Assembly: GCA_002269645.1 (NCBI GenBank) | Contig: NIVC01004314.1 | Location: forward strand, 1 to 50,779 | DNA length: 50,779 bases | Origin: Macrostomum lignano | Taxonomy: Eukaryota | Direction of reading: 5' to 3' | Shown: positions 36,344 through 48,500 of the stretch, one piece after another | Numbering within the stretch: the first letter of the stretch is position 1 | How the letters are laid out: each line of letters opens with the position of its first letter | Notes under the pieces: generated by a model | Databases searched by the model: none | The model's input: the letters and a program-made list of their open reading frames with translations, nothing else | Told to the model about the DNA's origin: nothing | Translations under genes and position numbers: made by a program

Positions 36344-39300
36344 TAGTATAGAAATAGGTAGGCCCCTCCCCTATATTATGATAACTAAAGTCAAAGATGA
36401 TGATATTAACATGCTACAAATTAAATTAGAATGTATTAGATAATTTTTGGTTATGCTTTGTAGTTTGTAATTTTCTTATTATAATAAAAGTAAACTTCTT
36501 AATCAAATCATAGGCCTATAAGTTTAGGCCTAGTTTATGTAAATAATCCAACAGCTCTAGCTATAGGCCCTAGCCATAAGGCATCAGACTCGACACTTGT
36601 GACTTAGACTTATTTTATTGATTTGGCCCTACCTTTCACTTTCAGACAGCAAAGCATGGACTCTAACTTCGTTTAATTAACTACTTAGTTTAGTTACAGC
36701 TGTCTGTAGCTGTTGGACCACTCTAGCTAGCCAGACAACCAGTAACAGAGAGGTATAATTGCAAAAAAAGTAGACGATAGACGGTACTCAAGTCAAGACA
36801 CAAACGCGGGCCCCGTCGCGACTCGCAGGAACGACACAATAATTAATTATTTTTTATTTTTTCGTTAATCTTTTTTAAAAATTAGAGCAAAATGCAAAAT
36901 CAAAATGTGTATTCACTTTTGTAAAGTAAAACAAAACTCATCCTGTTTAGTGTAGCTGTGGCAGCAAGTTGTAATGATACTGCAACTTGATAAAAAAATA
37001 GCTATTATTGTTATTAGTAAATTAAAAATATTGCATTTTTATACTGACAATTTTATTGCTATATTAATACAGACAGCACAAGTTTGATCATGTCAGTTTT
37101 TATTCATTCAAAACATTGGCGTAGGAAAATCAAGCACCACTGTATATACAGTGATCCTTGGGAAAATGGGGCCGTAAGACATGCTAGCCCCGCCACCACT
37201 TTTTGAAATGTTTAAAATTCAAATGAGTTATTAATAAATTGCACATGGATTTCTTCTGATTATTTTAATTATATATATACTTTTAAGTTTATAGTGTTTT
37301 GCCTGGTAAATATTAGGCAATTAATGAATTAAGTAAAATGGTTACATAATTTCTTTTCAGTAGACTATACACACGTACACGTAACTTTGTTTGATCCATG
37401 GCGTTTTTAGAGCGAATAACACTTTGTACTCTCGCTGAGTCAATACTGATGAGGATGCGTGTTGAAATTCTCCTTACAATTGACAGCGGCTTGTACGGCT
37501 GGAGCCATAAGCTAGTGAGAAATGTCGGTGCAAGCAGTTTTGCGATGCGGACAATTCATACCTATATCTCTGACGGGGGGTGTCACTGGCGTGCATAGCA
37601 TAGCGCGTGCACGCACGCTTCTTGCTTCCCGTCGTCAGGGTCCGAACAGGGGGGAAGGGGGAAGAACATGTCCCCAGTAAAAGCTATGGGGGAATGCCGA
37701 ATGACAACGCCCCACCTACCTGGTGATCCGTTCTGGAAACTAACAATTTTGCTTCAGGCGCCAAAAAGCGCCTGTAGCGCCAAAACACCGAATCTTAAAA
37801 GTAATGTAGGAATTTAGTCATATAGATTTCTTGGCTGTTGCCCCCCCCACCATAAAAATTCATGGCGACGCCCCTGCACATCCACATGCGCATCTACATG
37901 GTGGCCTCTTCTGTGTCTGGGCGGAGCTGGTCGTCGAGTCGCAGTCGCATGTAACGGAGCAGGAATTCGGTGGTCTAACCGGAAAGCCAGCTAGCGATAT
38001 CGCAGTTGATGACGCGAGTCCGGATCCGTTTAGCGACGTTCTGCCCTGTGAATTATGTACACTGCACTTACAGTTCAGTCCGCGTAATGCATGCCATTTA
38101 GCGAAAAGCTCCCTATTTGGCCTTCCCCACACGCCTAAAACCGAAGCACGTGTACACGCGCATCAGTAACATACAAGCATGTACATCTTAGTTGTTAGAT
38201 AAGATCCTCTGCAAAAGCATTCTACCGCTGTGCTTGTGGTTATTCAGCTGTGATTCACGATTACAATAGTTGTGATAGCTGTGTAACGTTACATATTGTA
38301 CCGCAGGTGTGATGTCATAGGCATTCTTTTATTGCATTTGCACACATACGACAGTACACTACGTACTGATACGGGAGTCCTTTATTCGCTGGATTTCACC
38401 TAAGGAGACCTCCCACCTGAAACAACGAAGCAAGGCTAAAAGTTGTACTTGTGGTGCCAAATGTGACAGCTAGAACCGAGCGGAACGCAGGGCACGTGTA
38501 ATTGCTTCCGTGAGTACAGCGCAAAAGTTTGACCACTTTAAACCCCATTTAACTCGTACATCTGCATTGACAAGTGATAATTTGCTTAGCCGATGGTCTG
38601 TCTACCTTAGCATTGGGCAAGGTGATTAAAGTTTGCTATTAATCGCAGGGAATGCACAGTCAGGCCATATTTCTTCTCTAACAGATCCATTCTTCGCTAA
38701 CGGCGCCAGGATCCTCAAGGCTGCCCCTGCAAGTCGCCGGGCTCATGATGGATGAGGCACCGCTGTGACGCCACGCTGCTCTAATTGTTGGGAGTATCAG
38801 CGACCCTTAAAGAATAAACAGCACCATAATCACCGCGCTTGTGTGCACAAATCCCTTCGCAGACGGGCCCAGGTCGGCTGCCAGTCTTCAAGCCCGAGCG
38901 AGACCCACCCGCCTTGGCGACAGAAAGTTAGCTCATGTCAGCCAAGGAAATTGCCACGGCCGATTGCAGCCGCGCCCCAAACTGCTCAAGACGCCGCCTG
39001 CACCAGCCTCCTCCTCCTGCTCCCTCACCCACCAAACAAGCCGGGCAGCCTCGCTCGCGGCCGCTGCCGACGCCCTCGGCGTGTGAAGAAACCGCGGCCA
39101 CGGAAGCGAACTGCAGACTTTCCCGGAAGCGGCCTCCACTTCCTCCGCCTTCTCCTTCACCCTCCTTCTTCTCCGCGGCAGAGTGGACCGCTTCATCTTG
39201 CCTCTCCGCCTCCTCATCGCTGCTACATTGTTGCCAGCGGCGGCTCTCAGCTTTGCTGCTTCTTTTTCCACTTGAGGCTCCGCGGCGGAGAGATGGGGGT

Positions 39301-39539
39301 GAGGATCAGACTGGGCCAGCGGGGGACCAATTGTGCGGCGGAGGGAGAAACGGAGAATCGGAGGGGAGCCGCCGGGCCAGCCAGTGCCGGCCCACAGTAT
39401 CGCGCTGTGTTCCATAAATTAGCAGCTGGGGTCATAATTTCCAACTCTCAGATTTCTATTCTCAGCATCGGGAAGTGCAGCAGAATATCGGTTGTCGCAG
39501 ATTGTCCGCCAGAGCCCAGCAGCAGTCACTGGCGGCAGC

Positions 39540-39600
39540 ATGCGGCAGCTGGCAGCTTGCCTCATCTGTTGTGTTATTCTTTCGTCGAGCTTCGTGGAAG
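39540..39600 (+). CDS. BAMBI-like exon 1 (signal peptide), not in the ORF track
   Basis: MRQLAACLICCVILSSSFVE(G). A strong phase-1 donor GAAG|GTGAGC matches the phase-1 acceptor at 42701. Confidence 0.68.
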
Positions 39601-42600
39601 GTGAGCGAAACAAGCGGTAGAGATACTTTGGTACCAACTTACCTTTTTGAGCAGTACTGATTTTTTGGGGGATTTTGCCAGCAAAAAGTGCCAAACTCCA
39701 TGCTCTTCACTGAAATCTACCTGTACATGTACATGCTTGTACTTGGTAATGTATAAGTGCACTGAAAGGCCTTTTATATCCTACCCATAATTTAATCATT
39801 CACAAGGGAAAGCCTGACTGCAAGGTCATCTCTATTGGGGCCATTGTCCTTGTACTTCTTGTGTAGTACTTGTTTCGTACGAGCTACTAAGTCTATTTAA
39901 GCTACTTTTCATTTTTATAGAGTCACAGGGCCGCTAGAACAAACTTACAAGTAGATTAACTCTGAAAAACAATTAGTACAGATAAATCACCGAGTTGCGC
40001 TTGCAGCAGACCTACCGGTATTGTGGTAAAAGCAGCTTCAGAAAGGCAGCACGCCAGCCAAAATGCGGTCTGATTCGCTCACCAAGGCAAATCAAAGAGC
40101 TGACGCGCCGATTAGCAGAGGAGCCTGAACTATTTCGGGGGCAACCCAAGCACTCAGGCAGCAGGGATGTTCCACACTGATGAAGGGGCTTGGATGAAGA
40201 GATGCGCCAGATTGGTAACTCCGCCAGCACTCCGCAGAATCTGGAAAATCCGCAGCAGGGTAGGCAGATAGCATCAACTCTGGACAGCCGACCAGAGCCT
40301 GCAATAATAAAAGAGCACGGGACGGACTTGCCACGGGCTGAAGTCCCGGCAGTCAGCTGGGTAAATGCGACTAGAAAGCTCTTTGAACTGCAGGGCTGGC
40401 AAGGCTGGGTGGCGGCGGCTTGTGGGAGAGGGCAATAAAGCTGCTTACAAGACGGCATGGCAACACTCTTGTCTTGACCCTTGCTTGATTGCACCTGTCT
40501 GCACTGGTGACACACATTGTTACTTCTAAAGCCCTTGTCGCGCTTGTCCAACTACAGAAACTCCGGCGGCAAAGTGTCTGCGCTGTGGCCTGACATTTCG
40601 GTTCATAAAGGTGGGAGAGATGGGGAAGCAGGGCTGCGACCGCGGCACCTCACTACCGCATTGGCATTGTCGCATTGTCGCCTAAACGCCTCGCTCTCAA
40701 GAGGCAATTAGGACTCACCGAGGAAATTGCCAGCGTCCAAAATCTGGGCCGCAACCAGCAGTACAGATGCCTTTGATCACAGCAGCCCAGCAAATTTCCG
40801 GAGTCGCAGGAGCTGAAAGGGACTCATGCCTCGACGTTTTCGACGTTGCAAATGACTGCCATTTGCTTAAGTCTGTAGAAATTGAACCTCGGACCCATCG
40901 GCTCAGCTGTGGAAAAAACTTCAATTAAACTGGATTTTCAATTACATCTTTCTCGGATTGGGGTTGCCGGGGTAATTTGAGCTGCCCTGAGAATTTACGG
41001 AAAGCTACTCAAAACACGAGCTGCCTCATGAAGGAACTCGGATCAAGTAATAAATTGTTCTGAAGTCAAACTGATTCAGCTGATGATGGCATCGATAAAT
41101 AGAAGGAAGACAAGATATGAAGCATTGCCGGAAATGAGTTATCTGAAGAAGAAGAGTGCAACTATCTGAAATCTTTTATGAAAGGCGCAATTTAATGCTA
41201 TCAAAATTGCATTCCCGTCTTCGCATGGGGCTGAGAAATTGACGGCGATGAAAGGGGCAGCATCGAACTCACTCATTCTTCTGCTCACGCAGAGCTCTAG
41301 AGCAGCTCAGCTATAATGCTTACTGCTCCAGCCCCAGAGTGCACCATAGCGCTCACTTGCCCGCTTAGCAGAAAGGCTCAACACGGCAGTGCAGCAGTCA
41401 GGCGGTCTTGTTGCCGGTACGCTGAGCACTGAACACGGGAGTCTGCCAACTCAGGCGGCAGGATAGTGCAGCGGCCCAGACAGCCTCAGCCGGGCGGCAC
41501 AGCAGGGAGACGCTTTCCTCTCTCCCCGACCTGGCAGCTTGTGGGCCGCCTTCGCCCACTTCTGCAACAGCAGCAGCAGCAGCAAAACGGGCGGCCTCCG
41601 CGACCTCTGAGCCGGACTCGAGAGGCGCCGCAAGTGGAGAAGGAGAAGAGGTCGGAGACAAAGACGGCGAAGGGAGGACGGGAGGGCAGACAAAGGTTTG
41701 AAGCGTTTGACTCTCCGCTCCGTTACCCGCCTCCCCATCCAGCTCCGAGAGATCCGGGGGATCAAAACACAGCGCGAGTCCCCAGCGATTGCGTGCTGGC
41801 GCAGCGCCCGCTACTGGCAGGCCGTCAGTGCCGCCCTGTCTCTCAAAAAATCCGCCTATTATTGCGGGAGGAAGCTCATGCGGCACAGAGAGAGGATGCC
41901 GTGAAGAGCAGGCAGCAGCAGAAGACGAGCCAGAGGCAGCGAAGCCGCCCTACTCTCTGGGCCCGGAGCTGATTCTCGGAGTGGCACTGACCCAAACACA
42001 GCTTGAGTCCCCCAATCAAAGCACTTTCAGAGGCTGCTTTAGCCAGGCCTGGGTTGTAAGGATGGGGATCCGCTGTCAGGAAGCGCCCTCCCCCGCTACT
42101 GCGCCTCCTTGTCCCTCACCATCTGCAGCCCTGCCTGCCTCTGTCGAGTGGTCGCACAGCGGCCTACTGCGCTGCTTGAAAGAAGTTGCCATTTTATCTG
42201 ACATTTTCCCTGTCAGGCGATTCCACTCTCAGGTCGGCGCGTGGAGGGGTGACCCCGAAGGTTGTCAGTCAAGGGCCGGCAGCTCCGGACTCATTCCACC
42301 TGGCGCTCTCAGGGTAGACGCTGCGAGTCAAAGAGGTTTAGCAGTCCGCAGAGGGTCAGTTTCAAATGGGTGACAAATTGCTCAGCAATTATTCTCCCCG
42401 CCCCTGGGTCTAAAAGGGCAAAGTGGATGGCTATTACCATGACAATGGCCTGCACTGCTACCCGTCGGTCCAGGAGCAACTCTCAGCCTGGACTGTTAGA
42501 GCACAATAGCGCCAACCTGAAGCTGAAACTTAAATTCAGTCAATAAACCCTGGACTGTGAATGCAAGCTGAACACTGAGCCCTGAAACCCGAGTTCAGAA

Positions 42601-43752
42601 GCATCACTACTTGACTCTGAAGCATGAACTAGGATCGATTCTAGTGTCTATAAAACAAGCGAGAAAAAACAAGCATAAGAAGAAGCCATTTGCTTTGCAG
42701 GCCAGTCCGTGTGCGCCTGCACCACCCCGGACTGCACCCTGAGCGGCGCGGACATCTGCAAGGCGCGCCACCGGTTCTGCTACTCCCGGGTTCGCGTCGC
42801 AGCCGCGAGCGAGCCCCAGCTGATCGAGAAAGGCTGCATCGGAGGCTGGAGAGCCGAGCGGGACTGCCGGCACAGCATGGTGTCACTGGTTGATGCGGAC
42901 ACCTACCAGGTGTGCTGCTCTGGACCCTGGTGCAACGGCGCCCCTCTGGAGCGCATCCCGCAGCTGCGAGTCACTAGTGAGTTTTGACGGACAAAAGGAT
43001 AGATAAATAGATAGATAGATAGATAGATAGATATATAGATAGATAGATACATGCATACATTCATTCCGACACAGTACATGGATCCCATAAAACATCAGCC
43101 CGCAGCCTGCCAGCATCAACAGAAGCCACTGCGTCACCACCGCAGTCTGCAGTGGCCGGCGCAGACCGCCTGTCCTCGCAGCAGGTATCTTCAGTCGTCT
43201 CGTTGTCTGCCGCAGCATCTGCAGCCCCCACAGTCTCAGAGTCAGCAGCAGCGAGAGACGCCGCGTCGCCCCGCCGAGCCGTTTGCATCGGTCGGCGGCC
43301 GCGGCAGCCAGGAACCGCTGTCGGTGCTGCGGCAGGCGACGCCCTGGCCGAGCCAGCCGGTGCGCCGGTCTCCGGGCGGCTACCCACTGGACGCGGGCGT
43401 GTCCGACCTGGTGCACCCAGTGTACATTGCTGTGCCCGTCATGTCGCTCTGCCTGATCGTCACCGCGCTGGCCGCCCTCGTTCTCGTTATTCGGCGCCGA
43501 GAGCAGCTGGAGGGCCCGCCCGAGCAGAGCCAGCAGCAGCGGCAGCAGCGGGGGGAGCATCAGCAGTACAGCATGTACTTCCGCAACTCTCTGCTCTCGC
43601 CAGAGCCGCGCCGCAGCCAGCAGGGCCACCTGCTCAGCTGGTGTCAACAACCGGAGCCTCCGCCGCAGCAACCGCAGCAGCCACAGTGCCGCAGGCCACT
43701 GCTGTCCTGTAATGGAGTTGGCCCGGATCCAGCTGCCACCCCAGCTGAATGA
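39540..43752 (+). CDS. BAMBI: BAMBI-like TGF-beta/BMP/activin pseudoreceptor, 3 coding exons, about 327 aa
   Basis: Exon 1 39540-39600 (signal peptide), exon 2 42701-42976 (type-I-receptor-like Cys ectodomain), exon 3 about 43106-43752 (TM and kinase-less tail). Phases are 1/1 and the total of 984 nt is in frame. The TM begins YIAVPV (cf. BAMBI VIAVPI). There is no GS box or kinase before the stop. Confidence 0.68.
42701..42976 (+). CDS. BAMBI-like exon 2: activin-receptor-type ectodomain
   Basis: CACTTPDC...ICKARHRFCYSR...EKGC...RDC...VCCSGPWCN (CCx4CN box). Acceptor TTTGCAG|, donor A|GTGAGT. Confidence 0.85.
42998..43049 (+). repeat. (ATAG)n microsatellite in BAMBI-like intron 2
   Basis: Directly visible, slightly interrupted. 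Confidence 0.92.
43106..43752 (+). CDS. BAMBI-like exon 3: Q/P/S-rich stalk, TM helix and short tail (acceptor position uncertain)
   Basis: TM VYIAVPVMSLCLIVTALAALVLVI is followed by RRR. The tail contains QQRQQ...YS. The first phase-1-compatible acceptor I found is CCCGCAG|43106. Confidence 0.72.
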
Positions 43753-44017
43753 CCTGGCCTAGAGAGCAGAGCACAGACCCAGCTGAATGACCTGGCCTAG
43801 AGAGCAGAGCACAGACCCAGCTGAATGACCTGGCCTAGAGAGCAGAGCACAGACCCAGCTGAATGACCTGGCCTAGAGAGCAGAGCACAGACCCAGCTGA
43901 ATGACCTGGCCTAGAGAGCAGAGCACAGACCCAGCTGAATGACCTGGCCTAGAGAGCAGAGCACAGACCCAGCTGAATGACCTGGCCTAGAGAGCAGAGC
44001 ACAGACCCAACTGAATG
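43738..44017 (+). repeat. 38-bp tandem repeat x~7 (ACCCAGCTGAATGACCTGGCCTAGAGAGCAGAGCACAG) overlapping the BAMBI-like stop codon
   Basis: Period 38 (43741, 43779). Confidence 0.96.
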
Positions 44018-45511
44018 AAACGTACTGCATGTAATTAGATGAAATTGGATGTTAAAATCTGTTAAGACATCAAAATCCGTATTTTTCTTGTCCATGTACA
44101 GTGTAGCAATGCACAAATCCGTATTTCGCTACTTGAAGTAATCAGGACGGACATTCGAATGTTCGGTACAGATTTTAAATCGCAGTCTAATACTGCTTGC
44201 TGTTCCTAGACTGATCATTGACCATCCCATAACCCTTTTGGTGTCCCAAATTTGCATTGAAATCGTTGTTCAGTCTTGTTCACAATCGCGCTTTTCTCCG
44301 TGACATTTTGGAACTCAAATTAAACTTGTGAACACAAAAGCAAACGCAAATGAGAGTAGTTGCTGCTTTAAGAAATCATTTGCTGCCAGAGTTACGGGGG
44401 GAGGGGCTGGGAGGATTAGGATTTAGCCGTGGGACAAACTGAAAACAATGGAACTAGCTCGTATTTCTCCTTTTTTTGTCATTTTTTTCTACTAATAAAA
44501 CTGCGCCTGAGGCCGTCGGAATGTGCGCATTGAAATTTTCCATAAACAACCAGTCGGCAGCTTCGTAAAGATGAAAAATGGGTTATATTTTGTCAAGGGA
44601 CTCCGCATTTTGGGTCTGTGAGCCTGTGTGAAGCCACATTAATTTAAGAATTTTGACGATATTCGGGTGAGTTAGTCACAGCTGCTCTAACCCCTATGTG
44701 AGCGTGTGCCTACCAGTGCATTCGTGTGTGTGATTACTAATGCTGTCGCTATGCTCTCGTTAGGGCAGATTCAGGCATTTTTATCATATTGTAATAAGCC
44801 AAAAACCTCTTCAGGAAACCCTGGCTAAATAGCAGTGAGTGGTACGAGATGCTTGCATTAGCTGGGAAAATCATGCTTTTGCTAACTAAACAACAGCAAC
44901 AACGGACGGAGGGGCTGGAGGCTCGCATTCAGCGTGTTGATGATTAGGCCGCAAGACTTGATGTCACCTCGACCAACCTTTCAATCTGGGAAAGGATCTG
45001 GAACTGACAAAGACTACCAACAGTTAGGAATTTCGTAGGACTTGGATATCGGAGCGGCCACCCATCTGCATGAGACGGACATCGATAGCAGTTCCGATGA
45101 CAAATCCAATTTGTGACGCTCGAATAGACATTTTAATTAAGCCCAGAAAAGGATGTCGCCAACACTTGAACACGAGCGTAATTACCTGCGGCAATTATGT
45201 AACTAATACATCGCGTGCGATTGGCTGAACTTTGGAAAGCAACAAACACCTGCAGTTGGATCCGAGAAACATCAGCCATGGGCATCAATAAATCAGGGTC
45301 AGTGAAGCAGAGTTGTGGCTGCCCATCCACGCAGGGTTTAAAAAACAAAGCAGATAGATCGATTAGGACTCGACCGCAGCCATGCTAGGAGATCATTAGT
45401 CTGTTTGCAAGGCTAGAATATCATTTTGATAGCGGGTATAATAGCTCACTGCTTTTGGGTATCCTGCTGGACTCAACTCTCAATGGAAAACTCTAGGAAA
45501 ACAGCGCAGGT

Positions 45512-48500
45512 ATGAAGCTTCTGTGGGTCTCCGTGTATCTCCTGGTGCAGCTGCTTCTCTGCTTCGGCTCAGCAAGCGCGAGGCGCATCGCAGTGCTGGC
45601 TCAGACAGGCAGCGCCGACAGGTCCCTGGTGGAAGCTGCTGTGAGCAAGCTGGTCAACGGGCACTGGGTCTTCCCGCTGTTCAAGACGGAGCCTCTGAAT
45701 TTCGAGTGGCTACAAGTTGCCGACGCTTTGGAAGCGGTTCAGAGAGGTGTTCAATTTTTCCACTGCAACTCTTTTATCACCTCAAAAATCAATTTATCAC
45801 CACAGATTTCAAGACAAAACGAGTGCAGGAGACGGTGCGACATAAGGCTAACCGCAGTTTCGTGTTAGATTGACGCTAAAATAATTAGGCTGAGGTATTG
45901 GGTGGCCCGAGAATTACTAGTAGGCGTTACGTTACGCGGATCATTAGCATCTGTACTGTTTGGTATGACAGGGGTTGGATCTGAATCACACAGGTACAAC
46001 GATACATTGTTCGGAGTCTTTCAACCAGCAAAGCTTTGTGGTTTGCTAACAAACCAGGTGAAATTGACAACTTTAACTTGTACTTTTAGCATGCAGCTCA
46101 CCTACTCTCAGTGGCACGATTGTGATCGGGAACTGCGCATTTGTCTCAGATGTAATGAAACTGTCTGACTACATCAGCGTTCCTGCCATCACGCTCTCCA
46201 GTGACCTCTGCCAGCTTAGCAGCACCGGTAACTTTCTGAGCTTTGACATGTCCACTGATTTATCTAACTGGTTTTCGCTACCAGAAATCGCAAACCGAAA
46301 CAAACTTTGCAGGTTTGAGCCTCGCATCAACGTCCAACGCGACAAGCTTTTTAGAAGCCGCAGCGGCAGTTTTGCAGCGGGTTGCGGCACCAGTGGCCGC
46401 TGTGCTCCACGACGAGTTCCAAGGTAAGTCCGAAGTTTCCCGATTAAAAATGAACTAGCCCATCAGATTCAGAAAGGATTTCACTCGCGCTTCAGACCAC
46501 AAGCTCGTTGAGGAATTGCAGCTGGAGCTCTCCGCCAAAGGAATCGCTAGCTCAACTTTTCAGATAAATAATTCCGTCGGTAATCTGAATCTCACGTTGA
46601 CAAACATGATCAAAGCTAAAATTAGAAACATCGTAGTTCTGTGCGACCCAGGCACTGTTTTAAATATCGTTAACTTGGTAAGCTTTGAACTGCTTCAGTT
46701 TTGAGCATTCTGTTTAAAATGATAGAAGAATTTTTCCAGGCCCAGAAAACAGGAACTCTGCAGCCGAACTACTTCTGGACAGTGATCGACACAGGAGTTC
46801 GACTTGCGTCGATCGAGGACCTGCTTCCTGCAAACGAGTCTGCAAACATTCTTGTGATCCGAGAGTCGGCCATCGACCTGAAAACGGCCTCAGCCGGTTG
46901 CACCTCACAGCTCAAGACCGTGTTTCCGGACTGCCAAACAAGCAGATACTCGGTAAGAAGCCTTTATCTACAAACTTCTTGACAGATCTTAGTCGCTGTC
47001 GCTACCAAAAGACCCCTGAACATACCCGCAGATGCTGGAGCTGAAGGCGGTAGAGGCCGTGCTGTCGTTCGCCAGCGCTACGCATAGCTTACTAGACAGT
47101 TCCGGTCTTCCTGCCAGCAACGTGTCGTGTCGGCCGTTGCAGCCGTGGTCGGCGGGTCCCGCACTGGCTGCGCAGCTGAAACAGGTACGGATTGAACAGG
47201 TGCTCAATTGATGATCTTCTTTGCGTTCAGATCTAATGTATTGACCTGTGCTGCACCTTATCCCCTTCTAATCTACTTTTATTTACTCTATCAACACAGC
47301 AGCAGTATCGATCATGATAGATTACAAAATCTGTCTCAGTCTGCTCAGTCGTACCCGTTCACCTTTGTGTAGCTGCGACAGCCGCTGTCAGCTGGGAGCA
47401 GCTGGACACCCAGCGACTACTTCCTGGAGGTGCAGGCGACGTTCCACGACGAGTTCTCCGACCCGGTCCGGTTCGTCAACAGCGGCCGTTTCTTTGTAGG
47501 GAACGGCTCTTTAGAGGTCAGCTTCCGCTACAGAGGTCGGAGCCTCATCTTCCCCAACAAGTTTATCGACTTTAAAAATCGCACCTTAAGAGTCTGTGCG
47601 CCTGCGGTAAGCGTAGTGCGAGGTTGCGTTTGATTTGCTCCGTAGGGGGGGGGGGGGGGCTGCTCTCTTATTACTTGCATGTTGTAATTTACTCTTTGCA
47701 TGCTGCCACCCCATTTGGGTCAGTTATTTTAACCTTTTGCTGGCCATTTGACTCTGAATTCTCGGCTCTTACAGTAGTTTAGTTTATTGAAATTAAATAA
47801 TGAGGCTACATGGTTTTCATAGTAGCATTCACATTTCAACTTTAGTCGCGGCCGTACATGCAGTACTCAAACGGAACGGTTGGCATTCCTGGTGCAATTT
47901 CCACCGACATCATTCACTTTCTCTCACTGCATCTGAACTATTCGTAAGTTACCTGAAATACACAAATGGGCTGAAATAGTAAGTTCCCAAGAATTTCCTG
48001 TCCACACCCTCGCAGCTACTCGCTGTTCGCTCCTGCGGACAATCAGTTCGGAGCGCCAGACCCGGCCTCGGTCTATTACACGGGCTGCATTGGCATGATT
48101 CAAAGAGGCGTAAGAAATATTCACTTTTTAATCAGAATGTTTTGAAAAAATACTGGCTTCGAAGAGGGTACCCCCTGCTTTGCTCTGATTTGCAGGAAGC
48201 AGACATCACCATTCCCATGGCTATTAACACATTTCGATCCAAGGTGATCGACTACTCTCAGGAGTACATGTTCTCATCGAATGCCATCTTGGTCAAGCGG
48301 CCGAATTCCGAGTCCAAGCTGTGGAATGTGTTTACGCCGCTTGCCTGGGACACGTGGCTGCTGATAGTCTGCATGCTCCTGTTGGTGCCGGGTGTCATCT
48401 TTCTGTTTGCCAGGCTCAGCCCGTTCTCCGCCTGGAACCTTGGTCTGCGATTCGCGTTTGCGGACGAGGTCTGGCTGAAGGAGTACATCTGGTCCGCCAT

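Noticed and set aside
37590-37876. Possible second Harbinger-type MITE (right end GGCGACGCCCCTG)
   Set aside because: The left terminus matches only weakly and there is no TSD.
38765-39604. 279-aa plus-strand and 160-aa minus-strand ORFs upstream of the BAMBI-like ATG
   Set aside because: No recognisable domains. They are better explained as a GC-rich promoter/5' UTR.
39995-40924. Cluster of 60-180-aa ORFs in BAMBI-like intron 1
   Set aside because: No homology motifs and no convincing splice sites with compatible phase.
42883-43671. 262-aa minus-strand ORF
   Set aside because: It is the antisense shadow of the GC-rich BAMBI-like exons and crosses the (ATAG)n microsatellite.
47924-48124. 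Minus-strand ORF suggesting an inverted or missing S1 exon
   Set aside because: The S1 region is fully supplied by two short plus-strand exons (47846-47943 and 48016-48109).
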